This document shows, piece by piece, positions 46,909-55,943 of a stretch of 64,000 bases of DNA (positions within the stretch are counted from its first letter, which is position 1; each line of letters begins with the position of its first letter). This DNA is from an uncultured Eubacteriales bacterium (GTDB lineage Bacteria > Bacillota > Clostridia > Lachnospirales > Lachnospiraceae), in the NCBI GenBank assembly GCA_900548855.1, contig URMF01000005.1, forward strand, positions 2,724 through 66,723, read 5' to 3'. The position numbers and the translations under genes are program-made. The notes under the pieces were generated by a model. That model did no database searches. It was not told the DNA's origin and worked only from the letters and a program-made list of their open reading frames with translations.

Positions 46909-48429
46909 CTAATCAAGCCGTATTTCCTTTAATTCTATCTCCCCTGAACCGGAGTAGAACAAAAACAGTGGATGCACCCCGTCTGAAATTTCCAGATTTC
47001 CATAAAATTCTTCCCATTTCTCTGACCCTGTAAGTTTAATCACCGCAACCTGACTGCCATCTATACCATCCTTTACAGCCAGTTCCCCTATCCCCTTCGT
47101 ATGGGGACCGTTGCCAGAACCCCTGCTGCTGTCTTTCACCCTTACAGTGACACCAATTCGCCGGTTCCCTTTAAACGCAAAATATTTATATCCTATCATA
47201 GTTCCGTCTGCAATTTCACCAATAAACTGCTCCCCATCCCGGTGGGTCACGTTTGGAAAATGCTCCGTATAAATCTTATTGGAGCCATGAGGCATATGTC
47301 CATTGGTAATATTGCAGGCAATAACCGCGGGATAGACTCCTTGTGCCTTTAGCGGTCCCTTGTTAAGCCCACAGGAGGTAATTTCTACCTGTGCTATACT
47401 GCCATCCGGTGCAATGGTAATCTGCTCCGCACATGCCTGTCTGCTGTAATCTGATTTATGGGTTAGCCGATGGTAAAACACATACCACTGCCCATTAATC
47501 TGCTCTATACTGCCATGAGTCGTTCCTGTCATATTAAGGCGGTCCTTTTCCTGTCTCCCATTTACACCGATATCTCCATTGGATACGATTGTTCCTCCAA
47601 ATACAAAATCCCTGTCTGGATATCTGCTTACAGCATAACACAGCTCATGGTTCTGTAGGGAGGAATAGATAAAGTAATACTTTTCCCCTACCTTTCTCAT
47701 GGAGCTTGCCTCAAAAAAAGGATGGGCTTCAAAGCTGGTTCCCCTTGTCTGATACGGAATAATATGCTTTGCAGCCTCCTTTACGGTAAGCATATCATCC
47801 TCCACAACCACCATACAGGGTCCCATAACACTGTCCGGTGTGCCAAGAATCTCCTCCCTAGTTTTCCCAAACATTTCCATCTCTTCCCGAATCCGCTCTT
47901 CCTTGTCTTTGAAGTCCGGTTCCTGTTCATAGGGATACTGGGTTCCATAATAAATCCGTATCGTCCCGTTATCATTTATTACCCCCGGGTCAAAACAGAC
48001 ATAATTCTGCATGGGACTTCCGTCCGGATTGCGCACATAGCCTAAATATTCATATTTTCCCGCCGGTGTGTCACATACGGCCACACTGATAGGACCAAAA
48101 TATCCGCCCTTTCCAAAAGCCCCCGACATGCAATAATACAGATAATATTTTCCGTCATTTCCCCTTACAACATCCGGTGCATACATATATCTTCGGTTTT
48201 CAAAATCCGGGTCCTGGGATGCACGGTAAATTACGCCTTCGCACCGCCAGTCAGACAAATCGGTAACCGGTGCGGAATATACCGTATAATCCAGCATACA
48301 GAAGGTTTCTCCTCCCTCCTTGTCATGGGAACCATATAGATAAACCCGATCACCAAATACATGGGGTTCCCCATCCGGAATATATTCATTTAATGGCAGA
48401 AATGGATTATAGACTTGTTTCCTTTGCAT
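46909..48429 (-). CDS. Glycoside hydrolase family 43-like (beta-xylosidase/alpha-L-arabinofuranosidase type)
   Basis: 506 aa. The N-terminus NPFLPLNEYIPDGEPHVFGDRVYLYGSHD and the overall five-bladed-propeller-like repeat pattern fit GH43, with a C-terminal beta-sandwich region. No signal peptide. Confidence 0.65.
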   Translation of the reverse strand: MQRKQVYNPFLPLNEYIPDGEPHVFGDRVYLYGSHDKEGGETFCMLDYTVYSAPVTDLSDWRCEGVIYRASQDPDFENRRYMYAPDVVRGNDGKYYLYYCMSGAFGKGGYFGPISVAVCDTPAGKYEYLGYVRNPDGSPMQNYVCFDPGVINDNGTIRIYYGTQYPYEQEPDFKDKEERIREEMEMFGKTREEILGTPDSVMGPCMVVVEDDMLTVKEAAKHIIPYQTRGTSFEAHPFFEASSMRKVGEKYYFIYSSLQNHELCYAVSRYPDRDFVFGGTIVSNGDIGVNGRQEKDRLNMTGTTHGSIEQINGQWYVFYHRLTHKSDYSRQACAEQITIAPDGSIAQVEITSCGLNKGPLKAQGVYPAVIACNITNGHMPHGSNKIYTEHFPNVTHRDGEQFIGEIADGTMIGYKYFAFKGNRRIGVTVRVKDSSRGSGNGPHTKGIGELAVKDGIDGSQVAVIKLTGSEKWEEFYGNLEISDGVHPLFLFYSGSGEIELKEIRLD

Positions 48430-48568
48430 GCTTCAGACCTCCTGCAATTGATAAAATTAAAATTTTTTAGCTGTTAAATTATTTTTTCCCATTGTACCAT
48501 AACCTTATTCTTTTTCCAATTCAAACATAATAACCTGTCATCCCTGCCCGTCATCAATCTTCATCATG

Positions 48569-48607
48569 GAAAAAGCACCGCATTCTGTCATAGAATGCGA
48601 TGCTTTG
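48569..48607 (-). terminator. Rho-independent terminator after the glutamine synthetase gene
   Basis: AAAGCACCGCATTCT / AGAATGCGATGCTTT forms a 15 bp stem with one mismatch and a 5 nt loop. A T-run follows on the minus strand. Confidence 0.65.
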
Positions 48608-48665
48608 TATCCTATATGAAATAAAGGAGAGTGAATCTCTGTTCAAATATTGTTACCGCAGTAAT

Positions 48666-50780
48666 TTATACATAGAACAGTATGTCTTCATACTGTGGAA
48701 ATGGCCAGTAATCCTTATCTACTAAGTTTTCAAGCTTATCGGCAGGCTTCCGCACCTCTTCCATTGCAGCAAATACCTCATCATGGAAACATCTTGCAGC
48801 TTTTTCCATATCATCCTCTAAAGCAAGTGCCTTGTCATCCAGTTCATCCAGCTTGGCAACGGCAGCCGTTAATGCCTTAAGCTCTACCGAAATATCCTTT
48901 AAAATGCCTTCCTGAACAGATGTATCAACACCGACAGCCTTTAAGTCATTTACGCCCTTAGCCATATCAGCTGAATATTTCATAACAGCCGGAACAATCT
49001 GCTTCTTTGCCATGTCTAACATGGTCTTAGCTTCAATGTTAATCTGCTTCGCATAGTTCTCATAGTAAATCTCTGCACGGGATTCCATTTCTGCCTTACT
49101 CAATACGCCAAACTTTTCAAACAGTGCAATGTTGTGCTCATCCTTAAATGCAGCAACTGCATCCACAAGACATTTGATATTTGGCAGTCCTCTTCTCTCT
49201 GCTTCAGCAACCCACTCTTCCGAATAACCGTTACCATTAAAGATAATTCTCTTATGCTTTGCAATCAGCTCTTTAATCTTATCATGTACAGCCATATCAA
49301 AGTTATCAGCCTTCTCTAACTCATCTGCAATCTCACACAGAGAAGCGGCAACGATTGTATTCAAAATAATATTCGGAGTTGCGATGGACTGTGTAGAACC
49401 AACCATACGGAACTCAAACTTGTTACCGGTAAATGCAAATGGTGATGTTCTGTTACGGTCCGTTGCATCCTGCATAAAGGAAGGAAGTGTGGTAACACCG
49501 GACTCATAAGTCTTACCCTGCAATGAGCTTGTAGCCTCACCGGTTGTGTCAAGCTGCTTTAATACATCATCTAACTGCTCACCTAAGTATACAGAAATGA
49601 TTGCCGGAGGTGCCTCATTTGCACCTAATCTGTGGTCATTTCCTGCAGAGGATGCAGACAATCTCAGCAGGTCTGCATGCTCGTCAACCGCCTTTAAAAT
49701 AGCTACCAGGAATAATAAAAACTGTACATTCTCATGAGGTGTTTTACCCGGCTCTAACAGATTGATTCCGTCATCTGTCCCCAGTGACCAGTTATTGTGC
49801 TTACCGGAACCATTTACGCCTGCAAACGGCTTCTCATGCAGCAGACAGGCTAAACCATGACGGTCAGCAACCCTTCTCATCGTCTCCATAACTAACTGGT
49901 TATGGTCTGTACCTACATTGGTTGTTCCGTAGATTGGAGCCAGCTCATGCTGTGCCGGAGCAACCTCATTATGCTGTGTCTTTGCTGTAATTCCAAGCTT
50001 CCACAGCTCAATATTCAAATCCTTCATGTAAGAAAGAACTCTCTCTCTTACGGTTCCAAAATAATGGTCATCCAGCTCCTGTCCCTTTGGAGGCATTGCA
50101 CCAAACAAGGTACGTCCGGTAAAAATCAGATCTTTCCGCTTTGCATAATCCGCCTTATCAATTAAGAAATACTCCTGCTCTGGTCCGACCGAGGTGGTAA
50201 CCTTTGTCGAGGTGGGATTTCCAAATAGTCTTAAAATACGAAGCGCCTGTACGTTAACGGCTTCCATAGAACGAAGCAGCGGAATCTTTTTATCCAGAGC
50301 CTCACCGGTATAAGAAGAGAAAGCAGTCGGAATACAAAGAATGCTGCTTCCATCCGGAGACTCCTTGATAAATGCAGGTGAGGTACAATCCCAGGCAGTA
50401 TAACCTCTCGCTTCATTGGTTGCACGGAGACCGCCGGAAGGAAAAGAAGAGGCATCCGGCTCACCCTTAATCAGCTCCTTGCCAGAAAACTCCATCAATA
50501 CCTTGCCGTCTGCCGTAGGACTGATGAAAGAATCATGTTTCTCAGCAGTAATACCCGTCATTGGCTGGAACCAGTGGGTATAATGGGTTGCTCCCTTTTC
50601 AATCGCCCAGTCCTTCATTGCATTTGCTACCGTATCTGCAATTGCCGGATTTAACTCTTTACCCAGCTCAATTGTTTTCTTAAGTTCTTTGTAGACGGCC
50701 TTTGGCAAACGCTCTTTCATGACTGCATCATTAAATACATTGGTTCCAAAGATTTCTACTACATTTACATTTTCACTCAT
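48666..50780 (-). CDS. glnN: Type III glutamine synthetase
   Basis: 704 aa. The N-terminus [27 protein letters not shown]...[13 protein letters not shown] and the overall length are characteristic of GSIII. Confidence 0.85.
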   Translation of the reverse strand: MSENVNVVEIFGTNVFNDAVMKERLPKAVYKELKKTIELGKELNPAIADTVANAMKDWAIEKGATHYTHWFQPMTGITAEKHDSFISPTADGKVLMEFSGKELIKGEPDASSFPSGGLRATNEARGYTAWDCTSPAFIKESPDGSSILCIPTAFSSYTGEALDKKIPLLRSMEAVNVQALRILRLFGNPTSTKVTTSVGPEQEYFLIDKADYAKRKDLIFTGRTLFGAMPPKGQELDDHYFGTVRERVLSYMKDLNIELWKLGITAKTQHNEVAPAQHELAPIYGTTNVGTDHNQLVMETMRRVADRHGLACLLHEKPFAGVNGSGKHNNWSLGTDDGINLLEPGKTPHENVQFLLFLVAILKAVDEHADLLRLSASSAGNDHRLGANEAPPAIISVYLGEQLDDVLKQLDTTGEATSSLQGKTYESGVTTLPSFMQDATDRNRTSPFAFTGNKFEFRMVGSTQSIATPNIILNTIVAASLCEIADELEKADNFDMAVHDKIKELIAKHKRIIFNGNGYSEEWVAEAERRGLPNIKCLVDAVAAFKDEHNIALFEKFGVLSKAEMESRAEIYYENYAKQINIEAKTMLDMAKKQIVPAVMKYSADMAKGVNDLKAVGVDTSVQEGILKDISVELKALTAAVAKLDELDDKALALEDDMEKAARCFHDEVFAAMEEVRKPADKLENLVDKDYWPFPQYEDILFYV

Positions 50781-50854
50781 AAGATAATACTTCCTTTCCT
50801 TTTTCCTTTATTAGCGATACAAGACTAATGTATGAATAAAACCCTCGCTTCATG

Positions 50855-50887
50855 AAAAAAGGGTATTCTCCTAATGAGAACACCCTT
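50855..50887 (-). terminator. Intrinsic terminator inside the glutamine synthetase 5' leader (attenuator candidate)
   Basis: The minus strand reads AAGGGTGTTCTC-attag-GAGAATACCCTT followed by TTTTTCAT. It lies ~30-60 nt downstream of the predicted promoter and ~75 nt upstream of the ATG. Confidence 0.6.
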
Positions 50888-50923
50888 GTCCTTAGCTCTA
50901 TATGTATTCGCTTTGATAGTTGT

Positions 50924-50952
50924 AATATAAACTACTCTGTTAAAAAAATCAA
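50924..50952 (-). promoter_or_regulatory. Sigma-A-type promoter candidate for the glutamine synthetase gene
   Basis: Minus strand: TTGATT, then a 17 nt spacer, then TATATT. Confidence 0.45.
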
Positions 50953-51036
50953 GTCTTTTTTTCAATTTTTATGATATTTTTTCATTTTGACTTAAATTTC
51001 GTAAGTTGACCGGTTGTTTTTGTGGAATTTTACATA

Positions 51037-52593
51037 TCATTCCTCTGTTATATCATCTGAAACGGAACCCTTCTCCGTTACATGCTCCACCACTTTTACA
51101 ACCGTTGTATCACCATTTCCCTCTTCCTTATCTGTGAAGCCTGCCAGCTTTGTTCCTGCAAAGCTGGATAACAGTACCCCCGGATTAATTCCAAGGCTGT
51201 CGCCAATTCCATCAATAACCTGTTTTAAGGAGGTTGTTACATCCTCCGTCATTTTTGCAGTATTACCGGAACCATACATCGTAATCTTATCAATGTTGCT
51301 AAGCGGTGTCGCAATCGCCTCTGCAACCTGCGGATACATCTTGCAAAGCATTTCAATAATTGCAGCCTCACCATACTTCTGCATAGCCTCTGCCTTCTTG
51401 TCAATACCGGCTGCCTCTGCCTCCGCTTTTGCCTTGATTGCGGCTGCCTCTGCTTCACCCTTTGCCTTGATACCGGCAGCCTCTGCTTCTGCCTTTGCCC
51501 GGATTGCCGCTGCTTCCTGTTCCATGGAATACTTCACCGCATCTGCCTGGATTTTCTGTGCCTCTGCCTCCTGCGCCTGCTCGTACTTCTTAGCCTCTGC
51601 ATCCTTCTGGCGCTTATAAAGCTCCACATCTGCCATCTGCTGTTGCTTGTATTTCTCTGCATCTGCCTGTTTACGGATATTGGCATTTAAGGTCTGCTCC
51701 TGAACCTCTGCCTCCCGCATTTTCAACTCAACTTCCCTCTCCTGACGTGCAATATTGGCATTGGTTGCTGTAACCTCAATAGATTTACGCTGCTCCTCTT
51801 CCTGAATCCGGTAAGCCGCATCTGCCTGAGCGCGTTTGGTATCCTCTGTTGTCTTTAACTCTGCCTTCTTAATTGCCAGCTCATTCTGCTTAATTGCAAT
51901 CTCTGTCTCTGAAGTAACCGCAGCCTCATTGGCTTCCTTCTTCGCCTGTGCCTGTGCAATCGCCACATCACGGTCTGCATTCGCCTTCGCAATGGAGGCA
52001 TTTTTCTGAATTGCTGCCATATTATCCTGACCCAGTGCCGGAATCAAATCGTTCTGGTCCGTAACATGCTGGATATTGCAGGAAATGATTTCAATACCCA
52101 GGCTGTTCATATCCTTCTGCGCTTTTTCCTGTACCTGGTCACCAAATACCTTCCGGTCATTACACAAATCCTTCAGAGTAACCGTACCGATAATCTCACG
52201 CATATTACCCTGTAAAGAATCCACCAATGCCATTATAATCCGGTCTTCCTTCATGTTGAGGAAGTTCTTCATTGCACGCTGGATTCCCTCCTCATCTGTC
52301 ATAACGCGTACCTTTGCCACCGCATCAATATTAACACCGATAAAATCCAGGGTTGGCACATAATCATCCGTTTTAATATCAATGGAAATCTGCTTTACCA
52401 GCAGTTCATCTTTTCTCTCAAAGAACGGAAGCTTAAATCCAGCTCTACCAATCAGTACCTTCGGCTCTTTCCGGAGTCCAGAAATAACAAATGCCACATC
52501 CGGCGGTGCCTTCACATAGCTTGCCAGCAATACTACAATAACGAGTATCACAATCAAAATAATCCACCAATACCCAAACAATAAGTCAAACAT
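51037..52593 (-). CDS. Flotillin-family (SPFH domain) membrane-microdomain protein
   Basis: 518 aa with an N-terminal membrane hairpin and an SPFH domain. It also has the Ala/Glu-rich flotillin repeats (AEAEAAGIKAKGEAEAAAIKAKAEAEAAGI). Confidence 0.85.
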   Translation of the reverse strand: MFDLLFGYWWIILIVILVIVVLLASYVKAPPDVAFVISGLRKEPKVLIGRAGFKLPFFERKDELLVKQISIDIKTDDYVPTLDFIGVNIDAVAKVRVMTDEEGIQRAMKNFLNMKEDRIIMALVDSLQGNMREIIGTVTLKDLCNDRKVFGDQVQEKAQKDMNSLGIEIISCNIQHVTDQNDLIPALGQDNMAAIQKNASIAKANADRDVAIAQAQAKKEANEAAVTSETEIAIKQNELAIKKAELKTTEDTKRAQADAAYRIQEEEQRKSIEVTATNANIARQEREVELKMREAEVQEQTLNANIRKQADAEKYKQQQMADVELYKRQKDAEAKKYEQAQEAEAQKIQADAVKYSMEQEAAAIRAKAEAEAAGIKAKGEAEAAAIKAKAEAEAAGIDKKAEAMQKYGEAAIIEMLCKMYPQVAEAIATPLSNIDKITMYGSGNTAKMTEDVTTSLKQVIDGIGDSLGINPGVLLSSFAGTKLAGFTDKEEGNGDTTVVKVVEHVTEKGSVSDDITEE

Positions 52594-52791
52594 AACCTCT
52601 CTCCTCTCTCTTCTGTAAGGTGATTGCGAAACTCAAAAAAGTAGATATTTCGCAAACGCCTATTTCTCTTTTGGTAATCTGCTGCCAGCTATCAAATATG
52701 GAAACCGCTTTATAACCGGCAAAGTCAATCTAAGTATCTTGATTGTAACATTTTAGAGCACATGATGCAATTTTTATTTCACTATTTCACT

Positions 52792-53904
52792 TTAGTTTAA
52801 CTTCAGGTTTTCATTAAGCTCCACCCCCAGCTTTCTCAATGTGGCATCCAGCGCATGCAGTGTTTCTTTCATATTTTCCCCGGTACAGTTATATCCCATA
52901 TGCCCAATCCGGATTACCTCGCCAGCCATCACGTCAAAGGAGCCTGCCAGCATAATATTATAATCCTCCCGCATTGTCTTTAAAATCTCCGACGCAGTGA
53001 CGCCGCCCGGCACCGTAAATACCGTCACAGTATTGGAATATCCGTTCTCTGCGTACAGATGCAGTCCCGCACGGGTTAACGCTTCTCTGGTCTTGGCTGC
53101 AATTTCTGCATGGCGTTTTAAAATATCCTTATCGGCTTTTATATTTTCCAATGCCTGCCTCAGACCATAAATGTCGCTGATTGGCATGGAGTATGGAAAC
53201 CATTTATTCTCATAATAATTTTTGAAGGTCAGCAGATTTCCGTAAAAGGATGCAATCTGTGTCTTCCGGTTTTCCATTGCCTGCTTTGCCTCCTCACTGA
53301 TGGTTACCAGAGTCAGTCCAATAGGGCAGGAAATCGCTTTCTGGGAGCCGCCGCAAAGAATATCAATCCTCGATGCATCCACATTTACTTCATTGCCAAA
53401 CATACCAGATACCGAATCTACCACCGTTAAAATGCCATATTCCTTTAACAGCGGGCAAATGGCAGCAATGTCATTCAGCATACCGCTCGGCGTATCACAA
53501 TGTACTACCGTTGCATATTTAAAATCAGAGTCCTTCTCTAGAAATCTTTTCAATGGCTCTGTCTCGATTTTCCTTTTATAATCTGATGTATATAAGACCG
53601 GTTTCCCACCATATATATTTACAAAATGTGCAAAACCCTTTCCAAATACTCCATTATCTAAAACCAGTACCCGGTCTCCCGGTTCTGTCAGGGATGCCAC
53701 TGCCGCCTCTAAGCCTAAGATACCTTCCCCGCTGAGAATCAGGCTCTCATTTTTTGTATGCAAAAGGCTGCTGTACAATTCACAGGTCTCCTTATAGTAA
53801 TCATAGAAATCAGAATCCAAATCCGGATTGCCTGTTTCCATACTTCTTGCCATTCTGACATTTTCTGCCACCATGGTTGGTCCCGGGGTCATCATCTTAT
53901 ACAT
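52792..53904 (-). CDS. Class V PLP-dependent aminotransferase (serine-pyruvate/alanine-glyoxylate type)
   Basis: MYKMMTPGPTMVAENV..., with the PLP-lysine region CGGSQKAISCP. The start is set at ATG 53904 after AAAGGATGAG. The track ORF reaches 53997, which lies inside the palindromic element. Confidence 0.8.
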   Translation of the reverse strand: MYKMMTPGPTMVAENVRMARSMETGNPDLDSDFYDYYKETCELYSSLLHTKNESLILSGEGILGLEAAVASLTEPGDRVLVLDNGVFGKGFAHFVNIYGGKPVLYTSDYKRKIETEPLKRFLEKDSDFKYATVVHCDTPSGMLNDIAAICPLLKEYGILTVVDSVSGMFGNEVNVDASRIDILCGGSQKAISCPIGLTLVTISEEAKQAMENRKTQIASFYGNLLTFKNYYENKWFPYSMPISDIYGLRQALENIKADKDILKRHAEIAAKTREALTRAGLHLYAENGYSNTVTVFTVPGGVTASEILKTMREDYNIMLAGSFDVMAGEVIRIGHMGYNCTGENMKETLHALDATLRKLGVELNENLKLN

Positions 53905-53996
53905 ACTCTCATCCTTTCTAATTTTTGTTCTCCTGATTTTGCCACAGGGAGGAAATATTTTGGATTCCACTGGCATTTTTAATGGTTCATAGGACA

Positions 53997-54144
53997 TATC
54001 GGATTTCCGGCTTGATTTGTGCTCCTGTTATGCTGACCATTCCGATGAGACCCAGTAAAAAATCTCAGCTGGAGGGCTTCGATTTTTTACTGGGTCTCAT
54101 CTCCATAGCATAAATATCGCACAAATCAAGCCGGAAATCCGATA
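53997..54144. repeat. 148 bp nested perfect palindrome (26 bp outer arms, 7 bp middle pairing, 21 bp inner arms, 16 nt central loop)
   Basis: Read directly. The outer arms are TATCGGATTTCCGGCTTGATTTGTGC (53997-54022) and its exact reverse complement (54119-54144). The inner arms are GATGAGACCCAGTAAAAAATC (54044-54064) and its exact reverse complement (54081-54101). TTATGCT (54028-54034) pairs with AGCATAA (54107-54113). Confidence 0.9.
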
Positions 54145-54300
54145 GCCCAATCTACGCTTGCTTAATGCCAGTGAAATCCATATACACTTTCGCTGCGGGC
54201 AAAATCTTCGCCACGCCCGCTGCCAGCTTTAGCATGTTGCTCGCCCTGCGTACTTCACCAGCCCATGTTCGAAGCGTCCGCCTAATACAATAAAAAACGC
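54145..54300 (-). other. GC-rich intergenic island adjacent to the palindrome, function unknown
   Basis: It is visibly GC-rich compared with its neighbours and contains the GCGGGC-N14-GCCCGC hairpin (54195-54220). A 27-codon ORF (54152-54235, MLKLAAGVAKILPAAKVYMDFTGIKQA) lies within it but has only a weak RBS. Confidence 0.45.
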
Positions 54301-54302
54301 AT

Positions 54303-54884
54303 CTATCCCTCCACAGAGCGGAGTCCTCTCTCAAGGGGTGTTATTATAATAAATACAATAATTGCAGCCACTGTAATCTGAATCATATTTCCCGGCACGG
54401 ATTTTAAGGCAGCTGCCACTCCGCTTCCCATCACAAAGCCTTCAAAGATAAAATATCCTGCCAGCTTTATTGCCAGTGCCACAAGAACAGCAAAGACCTT
54501 TGCCCCAAAGCTCTTCCGTTTCTTGCAGATTGCTCCCACCGCAAAGCCCATCAGCCCACAGGTGACAATCGTACATGGTGCCCATGCAGCCCAGCCGCTT
54601 AAAATATCAAATAATCCCATTCCCAGTGCTCCAGCTAACGCTCCCGTGCGTTTTCCATAAACCATGGCTGCAATAAACAGTGGTATATTTCCTAAATGAA
54701 TCAAGCCACCGGCACCGCCAAAGCTCGGAATCTGAATATTTACAAATGCCGTAAATACCAGTGTAAGCGCCACAAACATTGCATCCAGGGCAATTTGTTT
54801 GGCCTGGCTTTTTGCTCTGTTATCTGTTTTCAGTGTCTGATTCCCTACTGCTTTTTCCATAATTCTTTCCCTCTTTTCTTCCAA
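54303..54884 (-). CDS. ECF-transporter substrate-specific (S) component, possibly vitamin B6-related
   Basis: 193 aa with six hydrophobic helices and the typical S-component size and composition. It is divergent from a pyridoxal-kinase-family gene, so the substrate is inferred from context only. Confidence 0.6.
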   Translation of the reverse strand: MEEKRERIMEKAVGNQTLKTDNRAKSQAKQIALDAMFVALTLVFTAFVNIQIPSFGGAGGLIHLGNIPLFIAAMVYGKRTGALAGALGMGLFDILSGWAAWAPCTIVTCGLMGFAVGAICKKRKSFGAKVFAVLVALAIKLAGYFIFEGFVMGSGVAAALKSVPGNMIQITVAAIIVFIIITPLERGLRSVEG

Positions 54885-54973
54885 TCTGTGTTGTACTATA
54901 CCGCCTATTTGGCACTTTTAAAACCGCCAGTTTTGTTATTTTTGACAGTGCCAGTTTATTTTTACGCTTTTAC

Positions 54974-55002
54974 TTGCATTTTTTTCACAAATATACTATC
55001 TT
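54974..55002 (+). promoter_or_regulatory. Sigma-A-type promoter candidate for the pyridoxal kinase gene
   Basis: TTGCAT (54974-54979), then a 17 nt spacer, then TATCTT (54997-55002). Confidence 0.45.
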
Positions 55003-55029
55003 AAGTACGAAACTTTGCACCAGCGCAGG

Positions 55030-55073
55030 CAATTGCGAAACTCCCTGTTATCAAAAGCATAGTTTCACAATTG
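55030..55073 (+). promoter_or_regulatory. 13 bp-arm inverted repeat in the pdxK leader (operator or RNA hairpin candidate)
   Basis: CAATTGCGAAACT-N18-AGTTTCACAATTG, with one mismatch. A third GAAACT copy lies at 55010-55015. No U-run follows, so it is not a terminator. Confidence 0.35.
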
Positions 55074-55108
55074 ACCGTTACACCAACACAGAAAAAGGAG
55101 AAGGACTT

Positions 55109-55939
55109 ATGAAGAAGCAGTCTTCCATTGCAATTGTAAATGATATATCCGGTTTTGGCCGTTGTTCCGTTACAGTGGCACTTCCGATTCTTTCTGCAAT
55201 GAAAATACAGTGTGGCATTATTCCCACTGCAATTTTATCCAATCACACAGAATATCCGGATTATTCCCTGTTGGATTTTACACCGTACATGGAAGAATAT
55301 CTGGATAAATGGAAAAAACTAAACCTTTCCTTCGACGGAATTTATACTGGATTTCTCGGCTCTGACAAACAGCTTGCAATTATTACAAAAATGTTTCAGC
55401 AATTTTCCTTTAAAAACCGGATTGTGGATCCTGTTATGGGCGACCATGGGGTTATCTACGATTCCTATACAGATAACATGTGCCAGTCCATGAAACAGCT
55501 GGTGGCACACTCCACGCTTACCACCCCAAATGTAACAGAGTTGTGTATTCTCACTGGTCACCCTTATCGTGAAAATATCACCGAAGAGGAAATTTTTGAT
55601 ATGTGTAAGGCTCTTGCCCAAACCGGGGCCGGCCAGATAGTTGTAACAGGAATTGAAAAAGAAAACCAGATTGGAAATGCGATTTATGAAAACGGCAATT
55701 TTGAATTATTATACGAGACAAAAATTCTCCCGCTCCGACCTGGAACAGGAGATGTATTTGCCTCCATTTTAGCGGGAGGAAGTTTACATAATATTCAACT
55801 GAAGAAATCTGTAAAGACAGCTTCCGAATTTATCCGTACCTGTCTCACCACATCAGCCAGGCTGGATATTCCCATCAACGATGGGGTATGTTTTGAAGAA
55901 CACCTTGAAATGTTATTATCTGTAGACAATTACCGATGA
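55109..55939 (+). CDS. pdxK: Pyridoxal/pyridoxine/pyridoxamine kinase (ribokinase superfamily)
   Basis: MKKQSSIAIVNDISGFGRCSVTVALPILSAMKIQCG...VDPVMGDHG...TPNVTELCILTG...GTGDVFASIL. The start at ATG 55109 follows AAAGGAGAAGG; the track ORF starts at 54974. Confidence 0.8.
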   Translation: MKKQSSIAIVNDISGFGRCSVTVALPILSAMKIQCGIIPTAILSNHTEYPDYSLLDFTPYMEEYLDKWKKLNLSFDGIYTGFLGSDKQLAIITKMFQQFSFKNRIVDPVMGDHGVIYDSYTDNMCQSMKQLVAHSTLTTPNVTELCILTGHPYRENITEEEIFDMCKALAQTGAGQIVVTGIEKENQIGNAIYENGNFELLYETKILPLRPGTGDVFASILAGGSLHNIQLKKSVKTASEFIRTCLTTSARLDIPINDGVCFEEHLEMLLSVDNYR

Positions 55940-55943
55940 CGAA

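Noticed and set aside
51014-51619. 201 aa plus-strand ORF rich in Ala/Ser, and the ~33 nt periodic DNA repeats at ~51400-51520.
   Set aside because: Both are the antisense and DNA-level reflection of the Ala/Glu-rich flotillin repeats (AEAEAAGIKAK...) on the minus strand. They are not an independent gene or a non-coding repeat.
41028-54241. Shared 9-mer GCGAGCAAC / GTTGCTCGC between the two GC-rich islands, in opposite orientations.
   Set aside because: A given 9-mer is expected by chance about 0.5 times in 128 kb of two-strand sequence. It is not evidence of homology by itself, and its orientation conflicts with the same-strand alignment reported in the finding.
53997-54300. Whether the palindrome plus GC-rich flank is a known housekeeping RNA (6S, SRP, RNase P, tmRNA), a group II intron domain or a retron ncRNA.
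   Set aside because: I found none of the conserved sequence blocks I remember, such as the SRP GGAAGCAGC-type domain IV or the intron domain V. The stems are perfect rather than covarying, and no reverse transcriptase is nearby. This cannot be fully excluded without Rfam scans.
54152-54334. 60 aa minus-strand ORF overlapping the end of the ECF S-component gene.
   Set aside because: The N-terminal half overlaps a real gene and no RBS precedes the start. It is retained only as the possible 27-codon internal ORF in the GC-rich island finding.
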